From: Mytilus californianus
Lineage: Eukaryota
DNA length: 64,000 nucleotides
NCBI RefSeq assembly: GCF_021869535.1
Contig: NW_026262723.1
Span: 95,232,001 to 95,296,000 of the forward strand
Reading direction: 5' to 3'
A program made the translations under genes and the position numbers. Position 1 is the first letter of the stretch; each line of letters starts with the position of its first letter. Of the stretch, positions 1 to 13,400 are shown one piece after another. A model generated the notes under the pieces. It was not told where the DNA came from. It worked only from the letters and a program-made list of their open reading frames with translations, and made no database searches.

Positions 1-391
1 TGAAAAATAAAAAGGCAGGACAGAGATTACAACTAAAAAAAAGGCAGGACAAAATTTTTCGTCCTAGCCCAGTCTGTATTCGACTTATGAGTTTGAAATC
101 CTTTTGGCATATTTCGTCTCTAATGATGGAATGTGTAGGGACTTTATCTATTTCGTTTTGTAGACAGAAAACGAGTCTCGTGATCCCAATTTTTATTTTT
201 ATTTTCTAACATTGAGTTTTCCATGTATAGTTTATACAAAATCTGACATTACTGCATAACCTGTAGCTTGCAAAATGCTCTGTGGCCCCAACTTTTTATT
301 ATGTTTTTGAAAAAAGAATAAACTACATTTTTGCAAATAATTAAAAAAAAATCTATCGATTTTAATTTAGACCACACTCATGAAAACTATA

Positions 392-410
392 AGAGAGAGA
401 GAGAGAGAGA
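392..410. repeat. (AG)n microsatellite
   Basis: Uninterrupted AG run of 9-10 units. Confidence 0.95.
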
Positions 411-1499
411 AACTGTTGACATCAAAAAAACATATCTACAAATTAATCAAAGCAATACCAAAATAATTCATGGACTTTAACAATTTTTAAAGATTTTTGA
501 TTTTTTTTCTTTTTCTTTGAAAACACATATAAATAGAGAGAAGCTGCAAAGAACCAAGAAAATCACTATGGACAAGAAAATAAGTGACGGAATTCATTAA
601 TTGGCTTCTTATTATAAGTTATAGGGGTCATTGTCCATCAATGACTTTACCAATTTAAAAATAAAATATTCTCCGAGTGGATATATACATAAACCTGGGC
701 ACTATCTTACTTGGTGCTGGAAAAAATGGTTGGCACTGCTGTAAATGATGTATTTCTTTTTTTGAAATTTGACGATTTAGACTGGAGGCTCTAGGTCAAA
801 TTTCATTAGGTTTCATATAGACTTCATGTATAAGCGAAAAGTATACAACAGAATCTACCATACTTTATATTTGGGTTGGCCCCCCCCTAGCAGTAGGATT
901 CTTCCACCTATCAATTCTTTTTGTTTTATTTCGTGGAAAAGAAAATTCAAATTTTCAGATACCTCTAACAAGGCCGGGGGTGGGGGTCACATTCTCATAT
1001 ATATATATAGCTCTGACCCTCTCAGTCCAACGCTTTACCGTATTATTTGTCATATCAGTTGATCTTTGTTTTTTAAGATTAAGACTCCAGATGCTTATGT
1101 TTTATTTCGTGGAAAACGGGAGTGGTAAATACAAATTCTCCGCTAACTCTTACATAGATGTGATTTTATATGAGTAAAATTTGACCCTCACAGTCATAAC
1201 CGAAGTCTTATAAGAGCGCAATATTATGTTGTATATATTAACACACATCATAGATAAATATTTTCTTAAATATTGTTCATAAAAAAAAGTCTAGTTTTTA
1301 ATCATAAAAAAAAATCCAAACAAAACATGTAAAATATAGGCAAATCTGTATTCAAGTACAAATATATAGCGAAGGGTAATTCTTTTTCTTTATGAATTTA
1401 TGGAAAATTTTTTTTGTATATTATTTTGCCTCCGAACTTGCAAATGAAGAAGAAAAAATCCTGGGGATTTGTCCCTCATTCTTTTCCATAGAATTGCAG

Positions 1500-3440
1500 T
1501 TTCAATTCACATAATTCTGTAATGTTTTACGCATCGTTATTGTCTTTCAATTTAATATTTGTACTATATTCGAAGTCAACACCAAAAATCTTCAATTCTG
1601 CACAAGTACATGTCATCCTATCATTGTTTTATTTTGACTTTACGTTCTGTTTTTTTAACTTAACATTTTACTGTTTCAAGTCAAGACCAAACTTCTTCAA
1701 ATTTACATCGTGTAGTTTCAAGTCAACACATTGTATGATAAGCCTCTCGTGACGTCATAATGATATAACATCGTGCTATCTGAGCTCAACAACACGTACT
1801 TTCAACTGTACGTTGTGTAGTTTTGACTGAGCATATTGTATGGCAAGCCTATCGTGACATTCTAATGATATAACAACGTGCTATCTTAGCTTAACATCAC
1901 ATACTTTCAGCTGTACGTGGTGTAATTTTAATTGAGAAAATTGTGTAATAAACCTATCGTGACATTATAATGATATAACATCGTGCTGTCTTAGCTGAAC
2001 AACACGTACTTTCAACTGTACGTCGTATAGTTTTAAATGAGCATATTGTATGGCAAGCCTATCGTGATATCATTATGATATAAGATATTGCTATCATAGC
2101 TCAACATCACGTACTTTCAACTGTACGTCGTGTAGTTTTGACTGAGCATATTGTATGGCAAGCCTATCGTGATATTATTATGATATAACATCGTGCTATC
2201 ATAGCTCAACATCACATACTTTCAACTGTACGTTGTGTAGTTTTAAATGAGCATATTGTATGGTAAGCCTATCGTGACATTCAAATGATATAACATCGTG
2301 CTATCTTAGCTTAACATCATCTAGTTTCAACTGAAAATTATGTAGTTTTAAATGATCATATCGTGTGGTAAGCCTATCGTAACATTCTAATGATATAACA
2401 ACGTGCTATCTTAACTGAACATCACGTACTTTCAGCTGTACGTGGTGTAATTTTAAATGAGAAAATTGTGTAATAAGCCTATCGTGACATTATAATGATA
2501 TAACATCGTGCTGTCTTAGCTGAACAACACGTACTTTCAACTGTACGTCGTGTAGTTTTAAATGAGCATATTGTATGGCAAGCCTATCGTGATATTATTA
2601 TGATATAAGATATTGCTATCATAGCTCAACATCACGTACTTTCAACTGTACGTCGTGTAGTTTTAAACGAGCATATCGTGTGGTAAGCCTATCGTGACAT
2701 TCTAATGATATAACAACGTGCCATCTTAGCTTAATATCACGTACTTTCAACTGTACGGTGTGTAGTTTTAAACGAGCGTATCGTGTGGTAAGCCTACTGT
2801 GACATTATAATGATATAACATCGTGCTATCGTAGCTTAGCATTTCAAAATTTCAACTGTACGTCCTGTAGTTTCAAGTGAGCATCTTAGCTTAACACGTT
2901 GCATCGTGTTGCTTTAAGTCAACAAATTGTATGGTAAGCCTATCGTTTCAATATAGTGGTGTAGCATCGTGTTATCTTAACTCTACATCATGTACTTTCA
3001 ACTGTGCATCATGGTGTTTTAAATCAACAGATTGCACGATAGACCAATCGTAATATCACAATGATATAACATCGTACTATCTCAGCTCAACATTAATTAA
3101 TAACAAGTCAGCACCATACATTTTAGCTATTCATTTTATTTGTTATCATAGCTGTCGATGTAGATGACTGAGCAGTATCCATCTGCAAGCTAACATCATG
3201 CAACGTCAACTTCACATCATGTACTTTAAACCCAACGTTACGTGTGTTTGGCATATTATCACAACATCGTGACTTATCATTATACTATCACGACTAAAGC
3301 ACTTGTCATTGCAAGTCAACATTGCGCAGATTCAACTTAGCATATTGTAATTTAGAGTTAGCATTTTGATGACTCGATTCAACATCACGCTGTCTTAACT
3401 TTACATTTTAAGCTTCAGCATAACGTCTTGTAAATCTCTA
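1500..3440. repeat. Satellite array: 21-bp monomers organised into a 105-bp higher-order repeat (core 1741-2895, about 11 units) with degenerate flanks
   Basis: 'actttcaactgtacg' recurs at 1798, 1903, 2008, 2113, 2218 (period 105); each 105-mer splits into five related 21-mers. Confidence 0.93.
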
Positions 3441-6092
3441 ATATATGACAGCTGAGGCTTTCCATAGAGTAACATTGTCGTAGTTCAGTCGCTTTAATTT
3501 CCGAAGACTGACAATTGTCCAAAAACCAGACAATTTCATAGACCAATATCAACTGTTTTATTTTGTATTAATGCTAAAAATAAATCTTTCATAAAATGTC
3601 AACAGCTTAGTGCATTAAACATGTACTTAAAGTTCTAGTAGTTACATATACTACAAATCTCATTGTAATTCTCTAATATTTTGATTGTTACTTTTTGGTG
3701 AATAAAAATATGTTACTTTAAGATTCTTTATTTTTGCCCTGGCTCTTTCTTAGAGACACTGGTAATTGACCATTTTCCTTCATTTTGCAATTTTCATATT
3801 TGGCACCTGGCTCAGATAAGACATATTATTTGTACATATCAAACATGTTCTTAAGCAATCAATCCTGTCCATTAACTTAGCACTGAACAATGTAAAAATG
3901 TAAAGTTTAAGTCAAATTAACTAATGATAAATACCTAGGAATTATATAATAAAATATATTCGTAATTGAAAAATAAAGGAATCGTTTTCAGACCACTTTC
4001 CTTGTGTAGTAGTTTAATTAATTTCAAGTGGTATGTGTTAAATATGAAATGATTTATTATGTAGATATTGACAAGTTAACTAAAGTGATTCCATTTTCTT
4101 TCTTTGATATCACTATATTACTGAGATGTTATTTTATACATGGCAATGAAAAATAATTTATCAAAATGTGTACAGGGTTTCTATTCATGGTTTGTAATTA
4201 TCTCTTGACACAAGTTCAAAGCAAATGAAACATTTCTTTCTTTATAAATGATCGACATTTGCCCATTTCAAATATAACCATTTTAATCATTTTTAGGGGT
4301 CATGTTCTGTAATGAACCGTCTTGCATGCATATTTTCAAGCAGTTATTCTATCTAGTCAGTTACTTAATCTTGTCTAAATGATCTTAGGATAATATTTTT
4401 GTGGGATATTTAAAACAATGCCAAAACGATACGAAGATTTGTTTCACAAAAAATGTTTATATACTAGACCCTTCCACCTCTCTGTGTTTTTTTTGCAACT
4501 AAATGTCAAAATTCATTTGATTAATTAATTCCAAGTCCTATTAAACACAATCTTTGTCTATCAAACAATATTTAATAAACAAGTCTAAATTGAAAACAAC
4601 GTTCAAACCTATGATTGCGTTGGATAAAAACCGCAATTTTTATACGTGTACATGCAAAACAAATTTCTTGTTAGAGGGGTATTTAATATATATTTTAATA
4701 GCAAATATGGTTTTCAAATACTTATAAAAGAACGAGAAAAAAATCTTCAACTTTTATAAACAAGATGTTAGAGCTTACATCATTTAAATACAGCACAGCC
4801 TAGAAAAGCTCTTGTCACAACTTCCTCTTTTACCCAACAATCTAAACTATACTTTACTTCAATAATGTGTATGAAAAGCATGGCACTGAAGACTTTGAAA
4901 TATAATTACAAAGAAATGTATGAAAAGATTGTTTTTGGAAAAGGTCTTTTTTACGATACCATGGATCATTTATGTTTGTTACATTTTAAGAAGGAAATGA
5001 AACCAAGATAGAGTTTTGAAATTTTTTAACACAAATTAAAATAATTTTATAAGCTGAAAAGCAAAACTCTTGAAAACTAGCTGTTTCATATCACAACTGA
5101 CTTCAATACTTCCATCTCCAAGTCAATAAATTTGTACCTTAGATATATTTTTTGGTTTTTTTTAAATTTCAATCCAGTCATAACATCCTTGTCATGTCAA
5201 ACATTACTCTCAATTCGAGCTCGCAATACGACTGCTTGTTTAATGACCATACTAGTATTCAGTAACTATATCGAACACCCATACCATTACAATAAAGTGA
5301 CATAATGATTGGATACTTAGTGACAGTATAAAAATAAATAAGCCTTAACAAATGCTCATTATATCTACATTACTTATTTTGGTATTTTATATAGTCACAA
5401 ATAAACTGGTTATGTACTTTGTTTGACGGAATAAGCACTGATCAGACTGTATGATACTAATGAAGAAATCAATTTTAAGATTATTGTATGTTTACAAATA
5501 GCTTTACGAGTTATGTAAATGGAATGAAATTGTTAGAGGAATCATTTATAGTCAATTAATTCTATTCTACAAATTATGCAAAATATAGAAAGATTGCGAT
5601 AGGAAAAGTATCACTGCATCGCTAACCACTTCAAACAACTGGAAAGTTGGTGTTCCCCGAATGTCACATAAGTCAGGTATTTAGAAACCAGAATTATACC
5701 TATACTTTTTCCAGGGCCCCAGTATACAGGAACACCCTTTTTAGGGAATCCAACAAATTGGCAGGGGTTCCAGAGACCCTGTCTAGCCCGCTAGGTGTAC
5801 GGGCACATGAACAATAATGTCGCCAAAAATATAAAAAAAATATCAGATACATTTCAAGATTGACTATATCTTCCATCTGTATAAGTTTCATTTGAATCAA
5901 GGAAAGTGAAATTCCATTCACCATCCGAAAACATCAGTATATTTTTTGTTGGTCAGCAATCTGCTGTATCTATTGGCGCTATGGTCAAGGAAGAAAAGAA
6001 ATACCATCATACCATTTGTTGACTAACACTTTCCATAAGATAACCGCTGATTTTTGTTATTTAAGATATTAGACATATTTATTACAAATATT

Positions 6093-6408
6093 AAAATTAG
6101 GAGATGTGATATGAATGTCAATGGGACACTATTTACCAGACTCCAAATGACGTGGATGTCTTTGTTAAAACTTTGTTATAGATGTGATATGATTGACAAT
6201 AAGACACTATTCACCAGACTCCAAATGACGTGGATGTCTTTGTTAAAACTTTGTTATAGATGTGATATGCTTGACAATAAGACACTATTCACTAGACTCC
6301 AAATGACGTGGATGTCTTTGTTAAAACTTTGTTATAGGAAATGTGATATGATTGACAATAAGACACTATATTCACCAGACTCCAAATGACGTGGATGTCT
6401 TTGTTAAA
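6093..6408. repeat. 78-bp minisatellite x4 derived from the terminus of repeat family A
   Basis: 'ctccaaatgacgtggatgtc' at 6141, 6219, 6297, 6380; unit resembles the family-A end at 59767 (gagatgaggtatgattgccaatgagacaactatccacc...gtggatgt). Confidence 0.9.
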
Positions 6409-9400
6409 TACTGTGTTAAAGGAAAGACATGTCACACACTTTACATGTACTTGATTCTATCATAATCTGTGCTTGTAATCTTTCGTATTATGTTACGTTC
6501 ATTCACACTGAAGATACTATTACATACACCACCCATCTTTTCGAAATATATATAACATCTGGACATCGCAATTATAAATATAAGGAGATGAGAAATATAA
6601 GTAAACGAGACAGCAAACCAGCAGCGTTTACATGTAAACACTTTTAACATCTATCTGTTTAACTGGTAATGTAACAAATTCCACTCTTGTATAACCTTTC
6701 TATTCTATTCTATTGTAAAAACATACTCAAACTTTCCATTCCAAAAAATAGAATAAGTTTTTTTTTCTTTCAAGACGCATGCCTGTCTCTGCTCGATAAA
6801 ATACTGAATGTGATTTTTTGTATTATAGATTCATTTATACCATAAAATATTTTACAACAACCTGAAATAAATTCATTTGGAATTTACGTTATGAGAGAGT
6901 ACTCTACCTTCATTAACTGGTTTTAAAAGAACCGCAACAACTCTTCGGACAGATTCATAGTAAACTGAAAGCGACAATTTCCCGATTCTACCATATGGTC
7001 TCTTTTTTTTCCCATCAGCAATAAAAATTATCAACTTCATCTAATCCCAAACCTCGTCTTTTAATATGACCACCTTTGAGATGTTTCCATCTTATTCGCC
7101 TTCTTAACATGAAGAATTATATATTACCAAAATGTGATAAATGACAAAAAAATAAAACCAAGAATGAAATTAATCAAATCAAATTTAAAGGGAGTTCAAA
7201 TAGAGCTTGAAATTTGAACAATGTAAACGGTTTTGACTATCCTACAGGTATATTTAGGCCGTTTTTGGTTTTATACTCTCAAGCATTAAACTACAATGTT
7301 AAATGAATGTGAGCACACGGCAGTATATAAATTGTGTCTCAAGAGATATACCCCAAACACTATAGACACTTTAAAAATTTTGTGCGTCAGAAGCGCTTTA
7401 TATTGATTGTGGCTTACAAGACACCCAAAGAAAAAAACACTTTGTATGGTGTAATTAATTGCAGAAAACTCTAAATTAACTAAACATGAAATTTTGGATT
7501 AACATTCCCTCGTTACTACGATCTTAAATTTGTATTACTCATGATGCCAAACAGAAAGTAAATTTTTCGAACAATGAAACACTAACATCCATGTCATAAA
7601 GCTGATTGAGTACAAAGATCGACTTCCCACTCTGAAACATTTGGCTGCATTTTTGTATTTTTTGTATTTCATTTTAATCATACTGGATGAATTCATCAGA
7701 ACTTTAAATGTACATAGTCAACTACTACGTACATACACTGTATTGTGGACTGTACTTGTACTAAAGAATATGTAGATCAAACGTCTGGAAAATTTCAATT
7801 ATGTAACATAATTACCCTGATGATCAATGCAATTAACAAACCTCCATCGGTACTCAGTTATATCGGTAATTATGTAGACCTACATAAAAGAGTAATGTCA
7901 TCATTCATTCGAGGAAATAAGTTTTGACCGGTATGTAGGATGATAATGGGCAATCCGTTCTGTAATGTGCATCTCCTACAGAGAAACTCCTTCCTGTCAA
8001 GTCATCAACAGACACTGTCATATAACAGCAGTTACGGACAAATGGTTCCTGGAGATTGATGCTTGTGCACATGATAAATTCTTGAAATGAAATCATCAAC
8101 ACTAATTGTTTTTGATTGTTCTGACATCGTAAAACAAACCATTGTTAAATTAGAAAGGATTGTTTATCGTTATCACAGAGAGATTTAAACGATCACTTAG
8201 GTCGAATAATATTATACTCTTACACACTTTGTCCCTCCTTTCCCATTTCATGATAAAATGATTTTACATTAATTAATCGAAAAAATCATGATAATACAGA
8301 CATTTTAAACTTTAAATTTTAGAGAAAATTACCTCTTAATAAGAACTGCGCTTAAAATACCCATTAGTTGCTAAAGTGCTTCTTTTATCAGAAAAGTTTT
8401 TACATTGTAATACATTTTTTTTTGTAATTTGCATTTACAAGAAACCTTTTTTGAAATGAATAACTTACCATTTGAAATGACACAGGTATATTATTCAATA
8501 TTCAAATGGAGGTTTTAAATGTGTTTTGAATTGTAGCGCGTCATTTACATACAAGATGTGTTTGTTGTATACGAGTTGTTGTGTTCTACTAGTCTTTTCA
8601 ATCGGACTGAGCTTTTACCTTATCTCACAAGGCTATTTAGGTTCCATTTAAGGAAAGTCTACGGCGCAATTAGATTGAAGTTAACCTATATTACAAAAGA
8701 AGAAGAACAAATGACTTCGTGGCCGTAAGAAGATTATATTGATCACTTCCTTTCAGAGCAAATAAAACAAACCTAAATTATTGTCAACTAGGGTAAACAG
8801 AAAATAATGCAAGTACTTAACTTAATTTCAAGTCACGATTAGTATCCCCAAATGCTAAAAGGTAAGATGTGACGGATAACCATGAGTAAACTTAGTTCAT
8901 ATGGACTGTGAAATTAATAATTGATGATGGAAATATTCAAAGTTTTATCGATATTCATATGAATTACTTTAATTTACCACTGTGAAACACTGTACGTGAT
9001 TGCAGGTTTATTGGATAGAATTGTATGTCATTAAGTAATTGACAGATTGAAAAACAGTATCAAAATGGTGTTCTCAGTGATAAACCAGAAAACAATATTA
9101 CAAAAACTCATCGAAAGAGTTGACCAAGAAAGTAGCACTTATTAATTCAACTATGTCAGTGTTTGAAATTATAACGAAAGCAAATCTTTTAAAGATTTCT
9201 AAATACCATAGAATATATGTACACTATAGAACTATAAATGGTAGGTTGATGGTCACGTGATATCGTGCGCACAGATGCAAGCCTGAAAGACTATCTAAGT
9301 ATATAGATATAATCATTTGTACTTGTTGCAAGTAAGCTAATATTCGCAAGAATTTTCATTTTGTTCAAGCTATTTTACAATATTAATTTTCTCCCCACAA

Positions 9401-10329
9401 TATTTCAGCAACAAGATTTTTATCACATTATTTAAACTTTATATACCTATCAGTAAATGTTATAAATTTATTGTTGTTGTTCAATTATTGCGTCTGGTAT
9501 TTTTTTTTTTTTTATGGGGGAGGGGGGGGGGGGGGTTAAAATCAATCACTCCCGCACAGTTTACGACGTTGTTGAAAAAATATACTCCAAATAAAGCACC
9601 CGATATGAAAAGACGTCAAGTTTCCTATCAGCTGGTAAAGTACTCTGAGCTCGCTTTCTGAAACTTCGATATTTTTTAATATTGTTTTGTATGTATCTTT
9701 TATACTAGTTTTTTTAACTTATTTTTATTGTATGCTTTTCTACAGTATGAACCCTTTTTATTCCACCAATGGGATTAAAATGGGGAGTGTTAGGATATAA
9801 AAAAATGTGTAACATCGCAACATGTTCATGTAAATGTCACAAGTTTGCCCCGAAACCTCGTCAGTGGTAGGCTCTAGTAATTTTGTTGTTTAGTGAATTG
9901 TATAATACGGGCAGATCTTTGATAGTCTCTTATAGATTTATTCACATCTTTTCTAGACTCGAGGAGATTTAGAGCTTCACATATTATCTTTACATCTATA
10001 TGTTGTTGAAGGCCGTAAGTTGACCTAAAGGTGTCTTGTGTTTTGTGTATCAATGCATGCCCGTCTCAATGACATATACCCCATATCTCCTTTTATTCAT
10101 AACTGTAAACATCAGAATTCAAATAAATGTATATCCGTTTAAATTGAAGACCTCAGAAAACACTTATTAAAGTAAAATTGGTTCGTTATCAAGACGCCAT
10201 CTGATACAAAAAAAATAATATTTGAAAAAAAATAATTGTTTTTAAAAAGTATCAGAGGCTTTGCATTGAACCTGAAGCATGTTCAATATATAAAAGATGT
10301 TTAGTATTTTACATAAAAGGACCTCTTAA

Positions 10330-10420
10330 TACGGTGACTTATAGTTGTTATCTTGTAAGTCATTTGGTCTTTGGTGGAGAGTTGTCTCATTGGCAATCAT
10401 ACCACATCCTCTTATTTTTA
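10330..10420 (+). mobile_element. Family A 3'-terminal fragment
   Basis: tacggtgac...ggagagttgtctcattggcaatcataccacatc end shared with 38716-38916 and 44714-44866. Confidence 0.85.
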
Positions 10421-13400
10421 TAATTATTAATAGTCCATTAAATTGGGGTGAAGTATTCTGTAATAATATCCATATAACTTGGGGACTCATACATTTGTGC
10501 ATGTATAATTGGTTAAGAATATTTTGCATGTATCATCTATGTACATTCATACGGCCTTATATTTACAGGAATGTCTTTATTACATAATTGTAATAAATTT
10601 AAGTCGACACATTATACCTTAACATTTAAATCACGAAAAAGAAAAATCACTTTTCACTTCGACCTTTGAAAACGAGCTTAACAGGTGCATATCAGAAGTT
10701 AGTTGTAAATAAGTAATGTCACAAAAAAAATAAAAATAAACACCATCGTCCTCCTTTTTTGTTTCTAGTCGTTTCCATCAATAAGCAATATCGATGTTCT
10801 GACAACGTTTTAACTTTGACACCGCGTATGAAATTATTAGGACACTTCAAAATTAACTTTGAGAGAATTGTGATTAATACATTTTCTTTCTTTCTTAAAC
10901 TTGGCTATAACGATTAATCATTGAAGTATTCTCATAAAACAGGACAGGATTGACAATCCGTCATTTGAGACGAAAAAAATATTTTTTAAAAAGGATTTGA
11001 AGGTGCAATCAAAACCATAAGTCGATGAATGGCAGTCCTCACCATGGTCAAAAGAGAAAAGACAAAAGGACAACTACAAAATATTACACGGAAAATTCAG
11101 GTTTCGACAATACGAACCCTATTTAAAACCTAAAGAACCCAATTGCTCTGAAAGTGTAAGTAGTTTCTGGTGATGCTCATGACAAAGAAACATCCAGATA
11201 TAAGTCATAAACGAGGGAACAAACTACGAGAAATTAAAATAAAATGATGATTGAAAACTCCTCCGATTATTTTATTTTTTTCAATCACATACAATTGTTG
11301 AAAGCCTTTTTGCACCAAGAGACAGTATTCGTGCATAGAACGATAAAAAAAATGAAGCCCGTAACTACCATTAGAATATTTCCGTCTCAACAAGGCATAA
11401 TTTTATACCTCATATTATGTAACAACGCAATTTAAGCGCTACCATCCCATCAAATGTTTACATTTTTGTGATTTCAATTTTTTAAATTTATATAAACGCT
11501 TGTATTCATTATGCTTTCTTTTATTTTTACAAGTGTCTTCTCTACGAAATTAACTTGTTTGCCTGACCTCACATATTACATGTACATGCTTAATGGAGAA
11601 AACAGTGTTTAGGTAATGTTTGCATGTTTACAATTACACATGTATCGATATAAACAAAGCTACGCAACATCCCCTGAAGAACTTTACGATAGGTTAACGT
11701 GCACTATTCCCCGTTATAACATTTTACAAATTCAAGACGTCGCCATACATGTAGATACAAAGGCCATTTTACGAATATTGGTATATTATATCTCTTAGAA
11801 TATTTATAGCACTTCGGTACAAAAATTATTGTACTAGAGACAGTATTCATCTATGCTAACTTGACGAGTGCATAATCCAACAATTCTTATAACGATAATT
11901 TAGCGAATAACAATCAGGAAAAAATAGCAGACAACCAACATGAAATTTAACAACTATGTATCTTTTGTTAACCTGTGTGTCACTAGGTTGCTATTTCATT
12001 GGTGTATACTTAACATATCCTTTGATTTAAACAAAACTGAAACACAATACGCATTTACAAAATCTATAAACCTGATGATTTACTGTCAAAAAATGATAAT
12101 TACGCAATACTTCCTACTGTGACGTAAAATTTAAGAATTGTAGAATCAGAAAATCAATTATTCTACTTAGAGTTTCCTAAAATTAACATCTTTAACTTCA
12201 GAAATCAACTATCTATTATAACATGTTATCTCTGAAGAAAGTTGTTGGATAAATACTTGTACTTTCTTGTTGAGATTGTCGTAAGACCATTGCACGCTTC
12301 TGTGTTATATTACTGCCAGTTATATAGCAAGAAATTTGAAAATGTATGACTATTAACTGAGAAGAATCGTTTAAACACGTATACGGTATGCCGGGCAGTA
12401 GAATTATATTTTTTTCTGAGAAGTTACTTTCATTCTTTAGCATTTTTTAAATGCACGTCCAACATCAATACCAATATAAGCAACTCAGCAACCAATATTT
12501 GATCGCATTAAGATAAATAATTCCGACAAACTTCAAGGGAGCTAACTCTCTTCACGGGAGTGTTTTCTCAATATTTTATCAAATATAACACATTATATTA
12601 TTTTGTTGTCATTCGGAATATTTTAATTTTCAGTTCTTTTTACACGGTTAAGTTTGAATTTATAGTGAGGTTGCGACATAATCCTATATGTTCGTGGTTA
12701 GAAGAAACAACCTATAAATATGTAAATTTACATTTATTTATTAATTTCCCAACTTGTGTTGATGCAATATTTACCTAGCTATACATGTAGGGTATAACGG
12801 GACGTGATTCAAATACATTTCTATGAAAACAATAAATTGTAATGTTAATACAAAGAAGCATACTAATTTTGAAATGAAGAATGGGTTGTTCTGATCCAAT
12901 ATGTTTCTATCAACAAGGAACAGTATGATATATCGTGTATTGGAAGAAGTGATTCTGTCAAAAGTGTCACGTGTATGAAATTATTCAATCTTTTATATTA
13001 TATCATTGTGATAGAAACAGGTTAATCAAATGTCAAATGTCTTCGTGTTGAAACAAAATCTATATGTTTATGTACTCTTATAAGTATTAATTGTAAGGGG
13101 CAAATTAATTGTTTCTCAGATTCATATGTTTTTGGTAATTTTATAATGATATAAGCGGAAATAAATTAATCATAATATTGTTCTTCAAACCTTTTTATTA
13201 TACTGTTTATGTATGGCATAATGATGACTTTACTTGTATATGCATAATTGATGCAACCACCTTAACAATACATAGAACTAACAATTATGTAATACATATC
13301 ATATACAAATTATCACCATTGACCGTAGCATTTTATTTTATTACACCTCTATAGAAAAATAATGATTGCTTTTTAATGATTATTTCAAATCCAGTGGCAA

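Noticed and set aside
6054-6389. 111-aa repetitive ORF
   Set aside because: By-product of a 78-bp repeat derived from a TE terminus
9253-9625. Promoter (E-box TCACGTGA, GACGTCA, poly-G tract)
   Set aside because: Short motifs are expected by chance and no linked gene was found
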